DNA of 64,000 bases from Bacteroidaceae bacterium. Lineage in GTDB: Bacteria; Bacteroidota; Bacteroidia; Bacteroidales; Bacteroidaceae. Below the pieces are notes generated by a model, which was given only the letters and a program-made list of their open reading frames with translations, searched no databases and had not been told where the DNA came from. The stretch lies in assembly GCA_963639545.1 (NCBI GenBank), contig CAVHUZ010000001.1, forward strand, positions 9,646 to 73,645. The letters are read 5' to 3'. This document shows, piece after piece, positions 28,813 through 40,005 of the stretch. A program made the translations under genes and the position numbers. Position 1 is the stretch's first letter, and every line of letters starts with the position of its first letter.

Positions 28813-29112
28813 TTAAAAATCCGGGTCTTCGTCATCGGCAGAACGATAAAAAACTAGGTCCATGTTGCCTGTGGTGTTATCGCACTTGATGACTACCTTC
28901 TGTGCTTGGAGGTCAGGAACGGAAACAATCTGAGCTATTAGCGTGTCTACTGCCAACGTAGGAGATGCAGCTGCTACTTGCTTCTTAGCCGGAGCGCATG
29001 CCTTTTGAACGTTAGTTGCTGCAATGTTTTCATCCTCTTGAGAGCAAGAAGAAAGGCAAAGACCGGCTAAGCAAAGACCAAATATTGCACTGAATAATAA
29101 TGTTTTTCTCAT
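28813..29112 (-). CDS. Small hypothetical lipoprotein
   Basis: Signal peptide with LSSC plus acidic SQEDE; TACTTTTG box at 29222-29229 (minus strand). Confidence 0.65.
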   Translation of the reverse strand: MRKTLLFSAIFGLCLAGLCLSSCSQEDENIAATNVQKACAPAKKQVAAASPTLAVDTLIAQIVSVPDLQAQKVVIKCDNTTGNMDLVFYRSADDEDPDF

Positions 29113-29760
29113 AACACGAAAATTTTAGTAAGTTTCGGAACTGTTATTGACAATAGAGGTTTTCTCCTTTTGTTCGTTCTTTTTTTGTCTATTGCATCTC
29201 CTTTCTTATTTGTTTACATTGCAAAAGTAAGTGTTTGAATATTAAGCAAGAAATAATTTAACGTATTTAACATAAAAAGTTCGGATATGTTTTAGAATGT
29301 AACATAATATGTCAAACGTTGCGCGGCTTAGTATCAAAAGGCCCGATGATGGTTAATTTTTTCGTTGTTAAGGCTATCTACAAGAAGATGTGAATAATCA
29401 AAAGTGGGCAAAACACACAATATTAGACCTATTGTGAATGTATGTTGGAAGGTGTTAGATGATGAAGAAAGAACCGGAATATTATATTAATAAGGTGAAA
29501 AGCATGCGTGAAAAAGATTTGGCTTTGTCAAATTCATTGCAAACTTGATATTGCAAAACACAATGAGTGATGGGCGATTTTAAATTCTTTAACCATGAAC
29601 AAACCATGTTTGATACTTTTTTAAGTTTGCAGTTTTGGCTGAATGCTATTAAAAGCGTACCTTTGCCGTGCACAATGGGGATATTGTAGCATGATGCGAG
29701 ATAGTCCCAAGAGATGCATTAACATCGTGATTATTATCAACTAAATACATTTAAACTAAA

Positions 29761-31377
29761 ATGGCAAAGTTTGACAAACAAGTTTTAGCAAGCTACGGTA
29801 TTCAGACCGGCACTGCAGAAGTTTTGTACAATCCTTCTTATGAGGTATTGTTCGACGAGGAAACTAAAGAAGGCTTGACTGGCTTCGAAAAGGGTCAGGA
29901 GACCGAATTAGGCGCTGTAAACGTAATGACAGGTATCTACACTGGTCGTTCGCCTAAAGATAAGTTCATCGTTGACGATGAAACTTCTCACGATACAGTA
30001 TGGTGGGATAGCGAAGAATATCACAACGACAACCACCGCGCTAGCCAAGAGGCTTGGAAGGCAGTGAAGAAACTTGCCTTGGAAGAGCTCTCTAACAAGA
30101 AGCTTTACGTAGTAGACGGTTTCTGCGGTACTCACAAGGATACACGTATGAAGGTTCGTTTCATCGTAGAGGTAGCTTGGCAGGCACACTTTGTAACCAA
30201 TATGTTCATTCGTCCAAAGACAGAAGCTGACTTCGAACAGGAGCCTGACTTCATCGTTTACAACGCTTCTAAGGCTAAGGTGGAGAACTACAAAGAACTC
30301 GGTTTGAACTCTGAGACTGCAGTAGTATTCAACGTAACATCTAAAGAACAAGTTATCATCAACACATGGTATGGTGGTGAGATGAAGAAGGGTATGTTCT
30401 CAATGATGAACTACTACTTGCCTCTCCGCGGCATCGCAGCTATGCACTGCTCTGCTAACACCGATATGAACGGTGAGAACACCGCAATCTTCTTCGGTTT
30501 GTCAGGTACAGGTAAGACTACTCTTTCTACCGATCCTAAGCGTAAGCTCATCGGTGATGACGAACACGGCTGGGACGATCAGGGTGTGTTCAACTTCGAG
30601 GGTGGTTGCTACGCTAAGGTAATCAACCTTGACAAGGAAGCTGAACCTGATATCTACGGCGCTATCACTCGCGACGCTCTCCTCGAGAACGTAACAGTAG
30701 ACGCTAACGGTAAGATCGACTTCGCTGACAAGAGCGTAACTGAGAACACTCGTGTGTCTTATCCTATCTATCACATCAAGAATATCCAGCGTCCTGAATC
30801 ACAGGGTCCTGCTGCTAAGCAAGTGATCTTCCTCAGCGCTGACGCCTTCGGTGTGCTTCCTCCAGTATCTATCCTTAACGCTGAGCAGACTAAGTACTAC
30901 TTCCTCTCTGGTTTCACAGCTAAGCTTGCTGGTACAGAGCGCGGTATCACTGAACCTACTCCTACCTTCTCAGCTTGCTTCGGTCAGGCTTTCTTGGAGC
31001 TCCACCCAACAAAGTATGCTGAAGAACTAGTTAAGCACATGGAGAAGAGCGGTGCTAAGGCATACCTCGTAAACACTGGTTGGAACGGTACAGGCAAGCG
31101 TATCTCTATCCGCGATACTCGTGGTATCATCGACGCTATCCTCAACCACTCTATCGACGCAGCTCCTACCAAGACTGTTCCTTACTTCAACTTCGTTGTT
31201 CCTACAGAGCTCGAAGGTGTAAACAAGGACATCCTTGACCCACGCGACACTTACGCTGCTGCTTCTGAGTGGGAAGAGAAGGCTAAAGACTTGGCTGCTC
31301 GCTTCATCAAGAACTTCAAGAAGTATGAAGGCAACGAAGCTGGTAAGGCTCTCGTAGCTGCTGGTCCTCAGCTCTAA
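29761..31377 (+). CDS. pckA: Phosphoenolpyruvate carboxykinase (ATP)
   Basis: [45 protein letters not shown]; strong codon bias; TACCTTTG at 29658-29665. Confidence 0.99.
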   Translation: MAKFDKQVLASYGIQTGTAEVLYNPSYEVLFDEETKEGLTGFEKGQETELGAVNVMTGIYTGRSPKDKFIVDDETSHDTVWWDSEEYHNDNHRASQEAWKAVKKLALEELSNKKLYVVDGFCGTHKDTRMKVRFIVEVAWQAHFVTNMFIRPKTEADFEQEPDFIVYNASKAKVENYKELGLNSETAVVFNVTSKEQVIINTWYGGEMKKGMFSMMNYYLPLRGIAAMHCSANTDMNGENTAIFFGLSGTGKTTLSTDPKRKLIGDDEHGWDDQGVFNFEGGCYAKVINLDKEAEPDIYGAITRDALLENVTVDANGKIDFADKSVTENTRVSYPIYHIKNIQRPESQGPAAKQVIFLSADAFGVLPPVSILNAEQTKYYFLSGFTAKLAGTERGITEPTPTFSACFGQAFLELHPTKYAEELVKHMEKSGAKAYLVNTGWNGTGKRISIRDTRGIIDAILNHSIDAAPTKTVPYFNFVVPTELEGVNKDILDPRDTYAAASEWEEKAKDLAARFIKNFKKYEGNEAGKALVAAGPQL

Positions 31378-31455
31378 TAATTGAATCGTAGGCGGTGCTT
31401 ATATATATAATAAGGTGTAAAACCTTATCCTAAGCATCCCCTTCAAATACCCTTT

Positions 31456-31488
31456 GGCGACGCATCGATAAGGATGCGTCGCCTTTCT
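31456..31488 (+). terminator. pckA terminator
   Basis: GGCGACGCATC / GATGCGTCGCC stem plus TTTCT. Confidence 0.8.
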
Positions 31489-31665
31489 GTATAGTTATGA
31501 CTAAGCTTGAAAGCCTATTTTGCATACCTTAAAACGCGAAACTGGGGATTAATGCGTAAAATATAGATGTATGGGGGATATTTTACATTATTAACGTGAA
31601 AAACATATTATATCTGAAGATTTCTCCTTAAATTTGCAAGCAAAAACCAGATTAAACAGTAGTTA

Positions 31666-33078
31666 ATGGCACATAAGTTTTCACCATTGCTCCTTTTGCT
31701 GACCGTAGTGACGCTCCTTACATCGTGTTTGGGCAGCACCGACGACGATACGGACAATGGATATACCTTCTATGATGATGCGGGACTGACCTCGTTCTCC
31801 CTCGGCACACTGACGTGGGTTAGAGATACAGTGACAGCAAGCGGCGCGGATAGTACCTATACCACCACGCTCTCAGCATCAGATTACGACTTCTACATCG
31901 ATCAAGCTAACGCACAGATATACAATGTCGACTCTTTGCCTTACGGAACACGCCTAGACAAGGTGGCGCTAAGCACTGGCTCGAAAAACTCTTCGTACGT
32001 CTATCTGAAGAGTTTGACCAGCGATTCGCTGACATATTGTAGCAGTGGCGATACGATTGACGTTCGCCAACCACGTACGCTGCGCGTGGTGTCCCTCAAC
32101 GGAACCACTTGGCGCGATTACACCGTGACGGTTAATGTGCACAAACAGAAACCTAATGACTTGGTGTGGAGTAGCTATGAGACCAATGGAACGCTCAATG
32201 GCTACACCAAGATGAAAGCCCTCGTGAAAGGAGATAGCGTGTATGTGGTAGGCACCAATGGTCAGACGACATCCTTGACGGCTACGGCAATCAATGATCC
32301 AACCCATTGGGAGGCACTCTCAGCTGATATCAATCAGGCTTTTAGTGCCGAGGCTTACAAGAGCGCAGTGGTCAAAGGGGCTTATATCTACCTGTTGACA
32401 AATGGCAATGTGCTTCGTACAGCAGATGGAAAGCACTATGAGCAGGTGACAACGAATGCCCAGCTCAAGCAGCTTGTAGGCGCTACTAGCACGCAGCTCT
32501 ATGCGCTTAGCACTGACGGCGAACTTCTTTATTCGACTGACAATGGCGCGTCTTGGCAAGCTGACCTGTTCTCTGGTGACTCGCAGTACTTGCCTCAGAC
32601 TGACATCAGCTACGTTTGTCAGCCTGTTCGTACCAATAGCGATATGGAACAGGTGCTCCTCGTGGCAAAGAACGCAGCCCTCTCACGTGCTATCTCGTGG
32701 ACAAAGATTGTCGACTTTGGCTATAATAGCGTGCAATACCCTTGGAGCTTTGTCAACTCGGGTGCTGAAGAGCGTTATCCTTTGCCCGCTTATGACTGCT
32801 TGTCGGTGGTGAGCTACAACGGCGGCGTTCTCGCATTCGGTATGCAGAGCGATGGTACCACTAGCACATGCTTGTTCAGTCACGACTTCGGAATCACATG
32901 GAAGGAGAACATCTATCTCTATCTCCCCACCGCATTTGCCCCACAAGAAGGTGTGTTTGCGGCTGCAACAGATAGCGAGAACCACCTTTGGCTGATCGAA
33001 AAAGGCACGGGCAAGGTTTGGCGCGGTCGACTCAACAAGTTGGGATGGGCTAGCAACAAACGCAACGTGACCGAATAA
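31666..33078 (+). CDS. DUF6242-type surface lipoprotein at the head of the bamA operon
   Basis: Lipobox LTSC plus acidic stretch; IYNVDSLPYGT, C-terminal VWRGRLNKLGW; synteny. Confidence 0.75.
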   Translation: MAHKFSPLLLLLTVVTLLTSCLGSTDDDTDNGYTFYDDAGLTSFSLGTLTWVRDTVTASGADSTYTTTLSASDYDFYIDQANAQIYNVDSLPYGTRLDKVALSTGSKNSSYVYLKSLTSDSLTYCSSGDTIDVRQPRTLRVVSLNGTTWRDYTVTVNVHKQKPNDLVWSSYETNGTLNGYTKMKALVKGDSVYVVGTNGQTTSLTATAINDPTHWEALSADINQAFSAEAYKSAVVKGAYIYLLTNGNVLRTADGKHYEQVTTNAQLKQLVGATSTQLYALSTDGELLYSTDNGASWQADLFSGDSQYLPQTDISYVCQPVRTNSDMEQVLLVAKNAALSRAISWTKIVDFGYNSVQYPWSFVNSGAEERYPLPAYDCLSVVSYNGGVLAFGMQSDGTTSTCLFSHDFGITWKENIYLYLPTAFAPQEGVFAAATDSENHLWLIEKGTGKVWRGRLNKLGWASNKRNVTE

Positions 33079-33168
33079 AGCGGTCGCCTGAAGCCCTACG
33101 CTAAGAGGCTACGGTACGTTCCGATGACCGCTAGCGTGGATAAAGAATATTGATAACACACATATCAA

Positions 33169-33861
33169 ATGAAGAAACTACTGCTTTACCTCTGCATGAT
33201 GATGGCCTCGTTCACGGCAAAAGCACAGGACGAGCCCGTCTACTTGATGGAAGTGGGAGGCGGAGCAGGCTTGATGGGATACCTGGGCGACTTTAATGGG
33301 TCGCTGACAAAGGATTTGCAACCGATGGCATCGCTCGTTGGGCGATACAATCTCAACGTTTACATGGCGCTGAAGATGAACGTCAGCTATGGCAAACTGA
33401 AAGGATCATCGGCTGATGTACAGACTTTCTATCCCAAGTTTGACGACAATCCATATGCGTTCAACAACACGCTGGTAGACGTCGGACTCACTTACGAATA
33501 CAATTTCTGGCCCTATGGCACAGGACGCGACTACCGAGGCGCACAAAGACTTACTCCGTATATCCTCATCGGCATTGGTGCTACCTATGTAAAGACGGAT
33601 AACGCAGAGAAGAATAGCGTGTTCTCGGCCAATGTGCCGTTAGGTATCGGACTGAAATATAAGGTGGGAAAGCGCGTGAATCTAGGACTGGAATGGGCGA
33701 TGCACTTCTCTCTGAGCGACGAACTCGACGGTCAGAAGGACCCATACGACATCCAAAGCACCGGAATGTTTAAGAACACCGACTGCTACTCGACCCTTCA
33801 GTGCACGCTGACCTACAGTTTTATGGCAAAATGTAGAACCTGTCACAACGAAGATGAATAA
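33169..33861 (+). CDS. porG: PorG/DUF6089 outer-membrane beta-barrel
   Basis: Signal peptide; [29 protein letters not shown]; lies just upstream of uppS-bamA. Confidence 0.75.
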   Translation: MKKLLLYLCMMMASFTAKAQDEPVYLMEVGGGAGLMGYLGDFNGSLTKDLQPMASLVGRYNLNVYMALKMNVSYGKLKGSSADVQTFYPKFDDNPYAFNNTLVDVGLTYEYNFWPYGTGRDYRGAQRLTPYILIGIGATYVKTDNAEKNSVFSANVPLGIGLKYKVGKRVNLGLEWAMHFSLSDELDGQKDPYDIQSTGMFKNTDCYSTLQCTLTYSFMAKCRTCHNEDE

Positions 33862-34609
33862 CAACTTGGATATGACACGTATCCCCCAGCACATCGCCAT
33901 CATTATGGATGGCAACGGACGATGGGCTGAACAACAAGGCAAACCACGCTCCTATGGTCACCAAGCCGGCGTGGAGGCTGTGCGACGCATCACCTCTGAG
34001 TGTACACGTCTAGGCGTGAAGTATCTCACGCTTTACACTTTCTCCACCGAAAACTGGGGTCGCCCCGCTGCCGAAGTGCAAGCATTGATGGGCCTTGTGC
34101 TCTCTTCGCTGGAGGATGAAATCTTCATGAAGAACAACGTAAGGTTCAGAGTGATAGGTGATATCGGACGTTTGCCACAAGAGGTGAGGGCCAAGCTCCA
34201 AGAGACGATGGAGCATACAGCCGCCAACAGTGCGATGACCATGGTGGTGGCGCTAAGCTATTCTAGCCGATGGGAAATCACCCACGCGCTGAAAACCATC
34301 GTTCAGGAGAATCAAGAAGCCATTGCCAACCATCAGCAACCCCAAGAAATAACAGAGGAACTGATTAGTAGGCATCTTGATACCCACTTCATGCCCGACC
34401 CAGACCTGCTCATTCGCACCGGAGGCGAGCTTCGCATAAGCAACTATCTCCTATGGCAGATCGCTTATTCAGAGCTTTATTTCTGCGATACATACTGGCC
34501 CGACTTCGCCGAAGAGCACCTACATCAAGCTATTCTTAGCTATCAGAACAGACAGAGAAGATACGGTAAGACCGAGAAACAAATAGAGAACGAAAACACC
34601 AAAGGATGA
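33854..34609 (+). CDS. uppS: Undecaprenyl/polyprenyl diphosphate synthase
   Basis: [45 protein letters not shown]. Confidence 0.98.
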   Translation: MNNNLDMTRIPQHIAIIMDGNGRWAEQQGKPRSYGHQAGVEAVRRITSECTRLGVKYLTLYTFSTENWGRPAAEVQALMGLVLSSLEDEIFMKNNVRFRVIGDIGRLPQEVRAKLQETMEHTAANSAMTMVVALSYSSRWEITHALKTIVQENQEAIANHQQPQEITEELISRHLDTHFMPDPDLLIRTGGELRISNYLLWQIAYSELYFCDTYWPDFAEEHLHQAILSYQNRQRRYGKTEKQIENENTKG

Positions 34610-37236
34610 ACAATATAAATAAGGTATGGCTTTCGTTGGCCATTGTGTTAGGATGTGAACTTCCTGCAAGTGCCCAAGAGAAAGTTGTAAACCCTGTTAT
34701 CAGCTATGCCGGCATTCCAATGACTTACCACATTGGAGGTATTGCCGTGTCAGGTATAGAAGGATACGAAGACTATGTGCTCACTAGTATCTCGGGACTG
34801 ACCGTCGGACAGGAAATCGATGTGCCTGGTTCGGCTATCACTGATGCCGTGAAACGATACTGGAAGCACGGCCTCTTCTCTGACGTATCTATCGTTGCCG
34901 ACTCTATTGTCAACGATAACATCTACCTACACATACATCTTAAGCCTCGTCCACGCGTCTCTACCATCAACTACATCGGTCTGAAGAAGAGCGAACGCAC
35001 CGATATGGAAAATAAGTTGGGCTTGCTCAAGGGTGGACAGATTACCCCTAACATGCTCGATCGTGCCAAACTGCTCGCTAAGAAGTACTTTGACGATAAA
35101 GGATATAAGAACGCTGAGATCACCATCACGCAGCGCGAGGATGTCACGGGAAAGAATCAAGTGATCCTTGACGTTGATGTTGATAAGAAGGAGAAGATGA
35201 AAGTGCGCCAGATTATCATCGAAGGCAACGAGAAACTCTCCGATTCTAAGATCAAAGGTGGCCTCTTTAAGAAGGGCGCATTTGCCAAAACGCATGAAGC
35301 AGGCAAACTTAGCTCCTTCCTAAAAGCCAAGAAATATACCCCTGAACGCTGGAAAGAGGATAAGAAAAAGCTCATCGAGAAGTACAACGAATATGGTTAT
35401 CGTGACGCAATCATCCTCAAAGACAGTGTGTGGAACGTCGATGACAAGCACGTCAACGTCTATGTGAAGCTGGATGAAGGCCAGAAATACTTTATCCGCA
35501 ACATCAACTGGGTGGGCAATACCGTCTATTCCACCGACTACCTGTCAGCGTTGCTCGATATGAAGAAGGGCGATGTGTACAACCAAAAGTACATGAACAA
35601 ACGTCTTTCAGAAGATGACGACGCCGTAGGAAACGCCTATTGGAACAACGGATACCTGTTCTACAACCTTGAACCCACTGAGGTCAACATCGTAGGCGAC
35701 TCTATTGACCTCGAGATGCGTATCACCGAGGGTACACAGGCACACATCAGCCATGTTCGTATCAATGGTAATGACCGCTTGTATGAGAACGTTATCCGTC
35801 GTGAGCTACGTACCAAACCGGGTGATCTCTTCTCTAAAGAAGCCCTACAACGTTCGGCACGTGAGCTTGCAAGTATGGGACACTTTGATCCAGAAGCCGT
35901 TAATCCAGACGTGAAACCCAACTATGAGAATGGAACGGTGGACATTAACTGGGATCTTAAACAGAAATCCAATGACCAAGTGGAGTTCTCCTTGGGTTGG
36001 GGACAGACGGGTGTGATTGGTTCTGTGGGCTTGAAGCTCAACAACTTCTCTATGGCCAACCTGTTCAATAAGAACAAAGAACACCACGGAATCATGCCTG
36101 TAGGTGATGGAGAGGTGCTCTCTATCGCTGCCCGAACCAATGGTTCGTACTACCAAAGTTACAATACGAGCTACACCACAAACTGGTTTGGTGGTAAGAG
36201 ACCTATCCAGTTCAGTGTCGGAGCCTACTTCAGTAAGCAGACTGACGTATCATCCAACTACTACAGCAGTGGTTACCTAACCAATTATTACAATTATATG
36301 TATGGTTACGGAAACTACAATTACAACAATTACGAGAGCTATTATGATCCTGATAAGTACGTCAAGCTCTTCGGTGTGAACCTCGGTTGGGGTAAGCGCT
36401 TGCGTTGGCCTGACGACTATTTCACGCTTTCATTGCAGTTGAACTACCAGCGTTACATGCTGAAAAACTGGAGTTACTTCCTCATGACCAATGGTTCGGC
36501 TAACAACTTGAACCTCAGCATCTCGATCAATCGTACTTCAACGGATAACCAACTCTTCCCTCGTCGTGGTTCAGAGTTTACCGCCAGCCTTACGTTGACG
36601 CCGCCCTGGAGTAAGTGGGATGGTAAAGACTATGAGCATCTAGCCCGCAACAGCCGTTCAGCGACCTATCAGAAGGAGATGGAACAGAAGTACTCATGGA
36701 TCGAATACCACAAATGGAAGTTCAAGGCACGTACCTACACCGCCCTCACATCGGGTCAGAAGTGCTTCGTCTTGATGACGCGTGTGGAGCTAGGATTGCT
36801 CGGTTCGTATAATAAATATAAGAAATCACCTTTCGAAACCTACTATATGGGTGGTGATGGTATGAGCGGTTACTCTACCGGATATGCCGAAGAGACCATC
36901 GGTTTGCGTGGTTACGACAACGGCTCGCTCACACCTTATGGTATGGAAGGTTACGCATATGACCGCTTCACGCTTGAGCTCCGCTATCCGTTCTTGCTCG
37001 GTAACACCACCATCTACGGCTTAGGATTCATCGAAGGCGGTAATGCTTGGACCGAAACCAAGAACTTCAACCCATTCGATATGAAGCGTTCAGCCGGTGT
37101 CGGTGTCCGTATCTATCTGCCAATGGTCGGCTTGATGGGTATCGACTGGGCTTACGGTTTCGACAAAGTGCTCGACTCTACCGGATATAAGAAGGGCGGA
37201 AGCCAGTTCCACTTCATCCTCGGACAAGAGTTCTAA
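34606..37236 (+). CDS. bamA: Outer membrane protein assembly factor BamA
   Basis: POTRA repeats (VIRRELR), IGLRGY loop 6 motif, C-terminal FHFILGQEF. Confidence 0.97.
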   Translation: MNNINKVWLSLAIVLGCELPASAQEKVVNPVISYAGIPMTYHIGGIAVSGIEGYEDYVLTSISGLTVGQEIDVPGSAITDAVKRYWKHGLFSDVSIVADSIVNDNIYLHIHLKPRPRVSTINYIGLKKSERTDMENKLGLLKGGQITPNMLDRAKLLAKKYFDDKGYKNAEITITQREDVTGKNQVILDVDVDKKEKMKVRQIIIEGNEKLSDSKIKGGLFKKGAFAKTHEAGKLSSFLKAKKYTPERWKEDKKKLIEKYNEYGYRDAIILKDSVWNVDDKHVNVYVKLDEGQKYFIRNINWVGNTVYSTDYLSALLDMKKGDVYNQKYMNKRLSEDDDAVGNAYWNNGYLFYNLEPTEVNIVGDSIDLEMRITEGTQAHISHVRINGNDRLYENVIRRELRTKPGDLFSKEALQRSARELASMGHFDPEAVNPDVKPNYENGTVDINWDLKQKSNDQVEFSLGWGQTGVIGSVGLKLNNFSMANLFNKNKEHHGIMPVGDGEVLSIAARTNGSYYQSYNTSYTTNWFGGKRPIQFSVGAYFSKQTDVSSNYYSSGYLTNYYNYMYGYGNYNYNNYESYYDPDKYVKLFGVNLGWGKRLRWPDDYFTLSLQLNYQRYMLKNWSYFLMTNGSANNLNLSISINRTSTDNQLFPRRGSEFTASLTLTPPWSKWDGKDYEHLARNSRSATYQKEMEQKYSWIEYHKWKFKARTYTALTSGQKCFVLMTRVELGLLGSYNKYKKSPFETYYMGGDGMSGYSTGYAEETIGLRGYDNGSLTPYGMEGYAYDRFTLELRYPFLLGNTTIYGLGFIEGGNAWTETKNFNPFDMKRSAGVGVRIYLPMVGLMGIDWAYGFDKVLDSTGYKKGGSQFHFILGQEF

Positions 37237-37298
37237 GGCTTGACGGAATCATATAATACACTCCAACAGATATCAATGATTCAAATATAAGACGACAT

Positions 37299-37841
37299 AT
37301 GAACACGTTTCGCAATCATATATTCAAGGCATTGCTCCTTCTCAGCATAGCCTTTGCGATGCCAAACCACGCCGATGCGCAGAAGTTTGCTCTTGTTGAT
37401 ATGGAATATATCCTCAAGAACGTACCCGCATATGAGCGTGCCAACGAACAGCTCAACCAGGTAAGCAAGAAGTGGCAAGCCGAGGTTGAAGCGCTGAACA
37501 CCGAGGCTGGTACGATGTATAAGAACTATCAGAACGAGGTAGTGTTCCTTTCGCAGGAGCAAAAGAAGAAGCGTCAGGAAGAGATCATGAACAAAGAGAA
37601 GGAAGCTTCCGACCTTAAGCGCAAGTACTTTGGGCCCGAAGGCGAACTCTTCAAGAAGCGCCAGTCGCTCATGACGCCTATCCAGGACGAGATCTACAAC
37701 GCCGTGAAGGACATCTCTGACCAGCGCGGCTATAGCTTAGTGATCGATCGTGCTAGCGAGAGTGCCGGTATCATCTACGGATCACCCAAGGTTGACATCA
37801 GCAACGAGGTGCTTCAGAAGCTTGGTTATAGCAATCAATGA
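37299..37841 (+). CDS. skp: OmpH/Skp chaperone 1
   Basis: QKFALVDMEYIL..FGPEGELF..DISNEVL. Confidence 0.9.
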   Translation: MNTFRNHIFKALLLLSIAFAMPNHADAQKFALVDMEYILKNVPAYERANEQLNQVSKKWQAEVEALNTEAGTMYKNYQNEVVFLSQEQKKKRQEEIMNKEKEASDLKRKYFGPEGELFKKRQSLMTPIQDEIYNAVKDISDQRGYSLVIDRASESAGIIYGSPKVDISNEVLQKLGYSNQ

Positions 37842-37903
37842 ACCTCGTAAGAGCGACTACTAACAACAAAAGAAATAATAAATCAATAAAAAATCTTAGA
37901 AAA

Positions 37904-38407
37904 ATGAAGAAATTACTTGTAATGTTGATGCTCCTTGCACCAATGACAATGTTTGCACAGAAGTTTGGTCATCTTGACTCACAAGCCCTTTTGCAATCTC
38001 TTCCTGAGGCAACAGCAGTACAGAAGCAGCTCGAAGCTAAAGGCCAGGAATATCAGAAGCAGCTTGAGGATATGCAGAAAGAGCTTCAGACCAAGGCAGA
38101 AGAGTATGACAAAGCTAAGAGCACAATGCCTGCAGCCAAGCAAGAAGCTACTGAGAAAGAGCTGAACGATATGTATCAGAAGATTCAGCAGACCGCTCAG
38201 GACAACCAGAAGGCATTCCAAGAGGAGCAGCAGAAGCAACTCGGCCCAGTGCTTGAGAAGGTTCGCAACGCCATCGAGGCAGTAGCTAAGGCAGGCGGTT
38301 ATGTTTACATCATGGAGCAAGCAGCTGGTCAGCCTTTGTATATCAACGACAAACTCAGCGTTGATATCACTGCACAGGTTAAGGCTCAGCTTAACAAGAC
38401 GAAGTAA
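37904..38407 (+). CDS. skp: OmpH/Skp chaperone 2
   Basis: Signal MKKLLVML, AQKFGHLD, coiled coil, DITAQVK; start corrected to 37904. Confidence 0.9.
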   Translation: MKKLLVMLMLLAPMTMFAQKFGHLDSQALLQSLPEATAVQKQLEAKGQEYQKQLEDMQKELQTKAEEYDKAKSTMPAAKQEATEKELNDMYQKIQQTAQDNQKAFQEEQQKQLGPVLEKVRNAIEAVAKAGGYVYIMEQAAGQPLYINDKLSVDITAQVKAQLNKTK

Positions 38408-38439
38408 TATCGACTTCGAAAACCATTAATTGATAACGT

Positions 38440-38470
38440 GGGCGGGCTTACTGTGGCCCGCCCTTTTTTT
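38440..38470 (+). terminator. Intrinsic terminator between skp2 and skp3
   Basis: GGGCGGGC / GCCCGCCC stem plus T7. Confidence 0.8.
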
Positions 38471-38482
38471 AGTTTTATTGCC

Positions 38483-38989
38483 ATGAGAAAGGTTTTATTT
38501 ATCCTGCTATGTGCTTTTATGCCGCTGATGATGAGTGCTCAGAGCATACGTTTCGCCTACTTCAGTTATGACGAAGTGTTCCGTTCGATGCCCGAATACA
38601 CCACTGCACAGCGCCAGGTAGACGATCTGAAAGCCAAATATCAGGAAGAAGCCAAGCGAAGCACTGACGATTTCAGTGCCAAGTATGAGCAGTTTCTTGA
38701 GGATCAGCGCACCCTTCAACCCTCCATTCTCCGCAAACGCCAGTCAGAGCTACAAGATCTGATGGATCGCAACGTGGCTTTCAAGGCAGAGAGCGACCGT
38801 TTGTTGGCTGAAGCTGAAAAGAAAGTCTATGCCCCAGTGCACCAAAAGCTGGAGCAAGCCGTGCGTGAGATGGCACGTGAGATGGGCTATGCCTTTGTGC
38901 TCAATGCCGACAATCACGCTTTGCCATACGTCGATGCACAGCAAGGCGACAACATCACCGAGGCGCTCAAGGAAGCGTTGCGCAAGTGA
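38483..38989 (+). CDS. OmpH/Skp-like protein 3
   Basis: Signal MRKVLF, RFAYFSY..SMPEY, coiled coil, GYAFVLN. Confidence 0.85.
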   Translation: MRKVLFILLCAFMPLMMSAQSIRFAYFSYDEVFRSMPEYTTAQRQVDDLKAKYQEEAKRSTDDFSAKYEQFLEDQRTLQPSILRKRQSELQDLMDRNVAFKAESDRLLAEAEKKVYAPVHQKLEQAVREMAREMGYAFVLNADNHALPYVDAQQGDNITEALKEALRK

Positions 38990-39025
38990 TTAGCCCTCGC
39001 ATCGCAAACCTAATTCCTTATAGCT

Positions 39026-39865
39026 ATGATGTCATTTAAGGATACTCCCGGGCCGATAGGTGTCTTCGATTCGGGTTATGGAGGCTTGACTATCCTTCAC
39101 GGCATACGCCAACGATTGCCTCAGTACGATTATATCTACCTAGGCGACAATGCGCGAGCCCCTTATGGCTCACGTTCCTTTGACGTGGTCTATCAGTTTA
39201 CGCGTCAAGCCGTGCTCAAGCTCTTCGATCTCGGTTGCCATCTTGTCATCTTAGGATGTAATACCGCTTCGGCCAAAGCGCTGCGCACCATTCAGCAGAA
39301 CGACCTTCCTGCCATCGATTCCCATCGCCGTGTGCTAGGTGTGATACGTCCAACAGCCGAAGTTATTGGCACCATCACCCAGACGCGCCATGTAGGTCTG
39401 CTTGCCACTGAAGGCACTGTGCGTAGCGAGAGCTACACCATGGAGATACAGAAACTTTGGCCCGATATCCACGTCACAGGCGTGGCATGTCCTCTTTGGG
39501 TACCAATCATTGAGAACAACGAGGCAGATAGCCCTGGAGCCGACTATTTTGTAGGCAAACGCATCAATCATATCATGCGCCTAGACCCACAGATTGATAC
39601 CCTCATCCTAGGTTGCACACATTACCCCATCCTCTTGCCGATGATCACCAAGCACGTCCCCCGAGGTGTGCGCGTGATGGCACAAGGCGAGTATGTCGCC
39701 ACGAGCCTAGCCGACTATCTGCAGCGCCATCCCGAGATGGAGGCTTCCTGTACGCGTCAAGGTACCGTGACTTATTACACCACGGAGAACGCTGACAAGT
39801 TCAGAGAGAACGCTCGCATCTTCCTTCCCGAGGGTATCAATGTGCAACACCTAGACTTAGAGTAA
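39026..39865 (+). CDS. murI: Glutamate racemase
   Basis: IGVFDSGYGGLT, ILGCNTAS, LILGCTHYP. Confidence 0.98.
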   Translation: MMSFKDTPGPIGVFDSGYGGLTILHGIRQRLPQYDYIYLGDNARAPYGSRSFDVVYQFTRQAVLKLFDLGCHLVILGCNTASAKALRTIQQNDLPAIDSHRRVLGVIRPTAEVIGTITQTRHVGLLATEGTVRSESYTMEIQKLWPDIHVTGVACPLWVPIIENNEADSPGADYFVGKRINHIMRLDPQIDTLILGCTHYPILLPMITKHVPRGVRVMAQGEYVATSLADYLQRHPEMEASCTRQGTVTYYTTENADKFRENARIFLPEGINVQHLDLE

Positions 39866-39930
39866 TCTCCGCCACATCTTCAAAGCTCCAAGAGCAATGT
39901 TCTCCTCCATAATAGGAGAATCGATATATA

Positions 39931-39972
39931 GCAAAAATCCCGAAAAACCATTTGGCTTTTCGGGATTTTTGC
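39931..39972. terminator. Bidirectional terminator murI / GH3
   Basis: GCAAAAATCCCGAAAA / TTTTCGGGATTTTTGC. Confidence 0.85.
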
Positions 39973-40005
39973 GTGTTATGAGGTCTTCAGTCTCTGCCGA
40001 ATATC

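Noticed and set aside
29482..29673. 63-aa minus-strand ORF upstream of pckA
   Set aside because: Overlaps the pckA promoter in AT-rich DNA and has no coding features
36250..36355. Tyr/Asn-rich TAC/AAC-like repeat in bamA
   Set aside because: In-frame low-complexity loop of BamA, not a DNA repeat element or DGR variable region; no template repeat or reverse transcriptase seen
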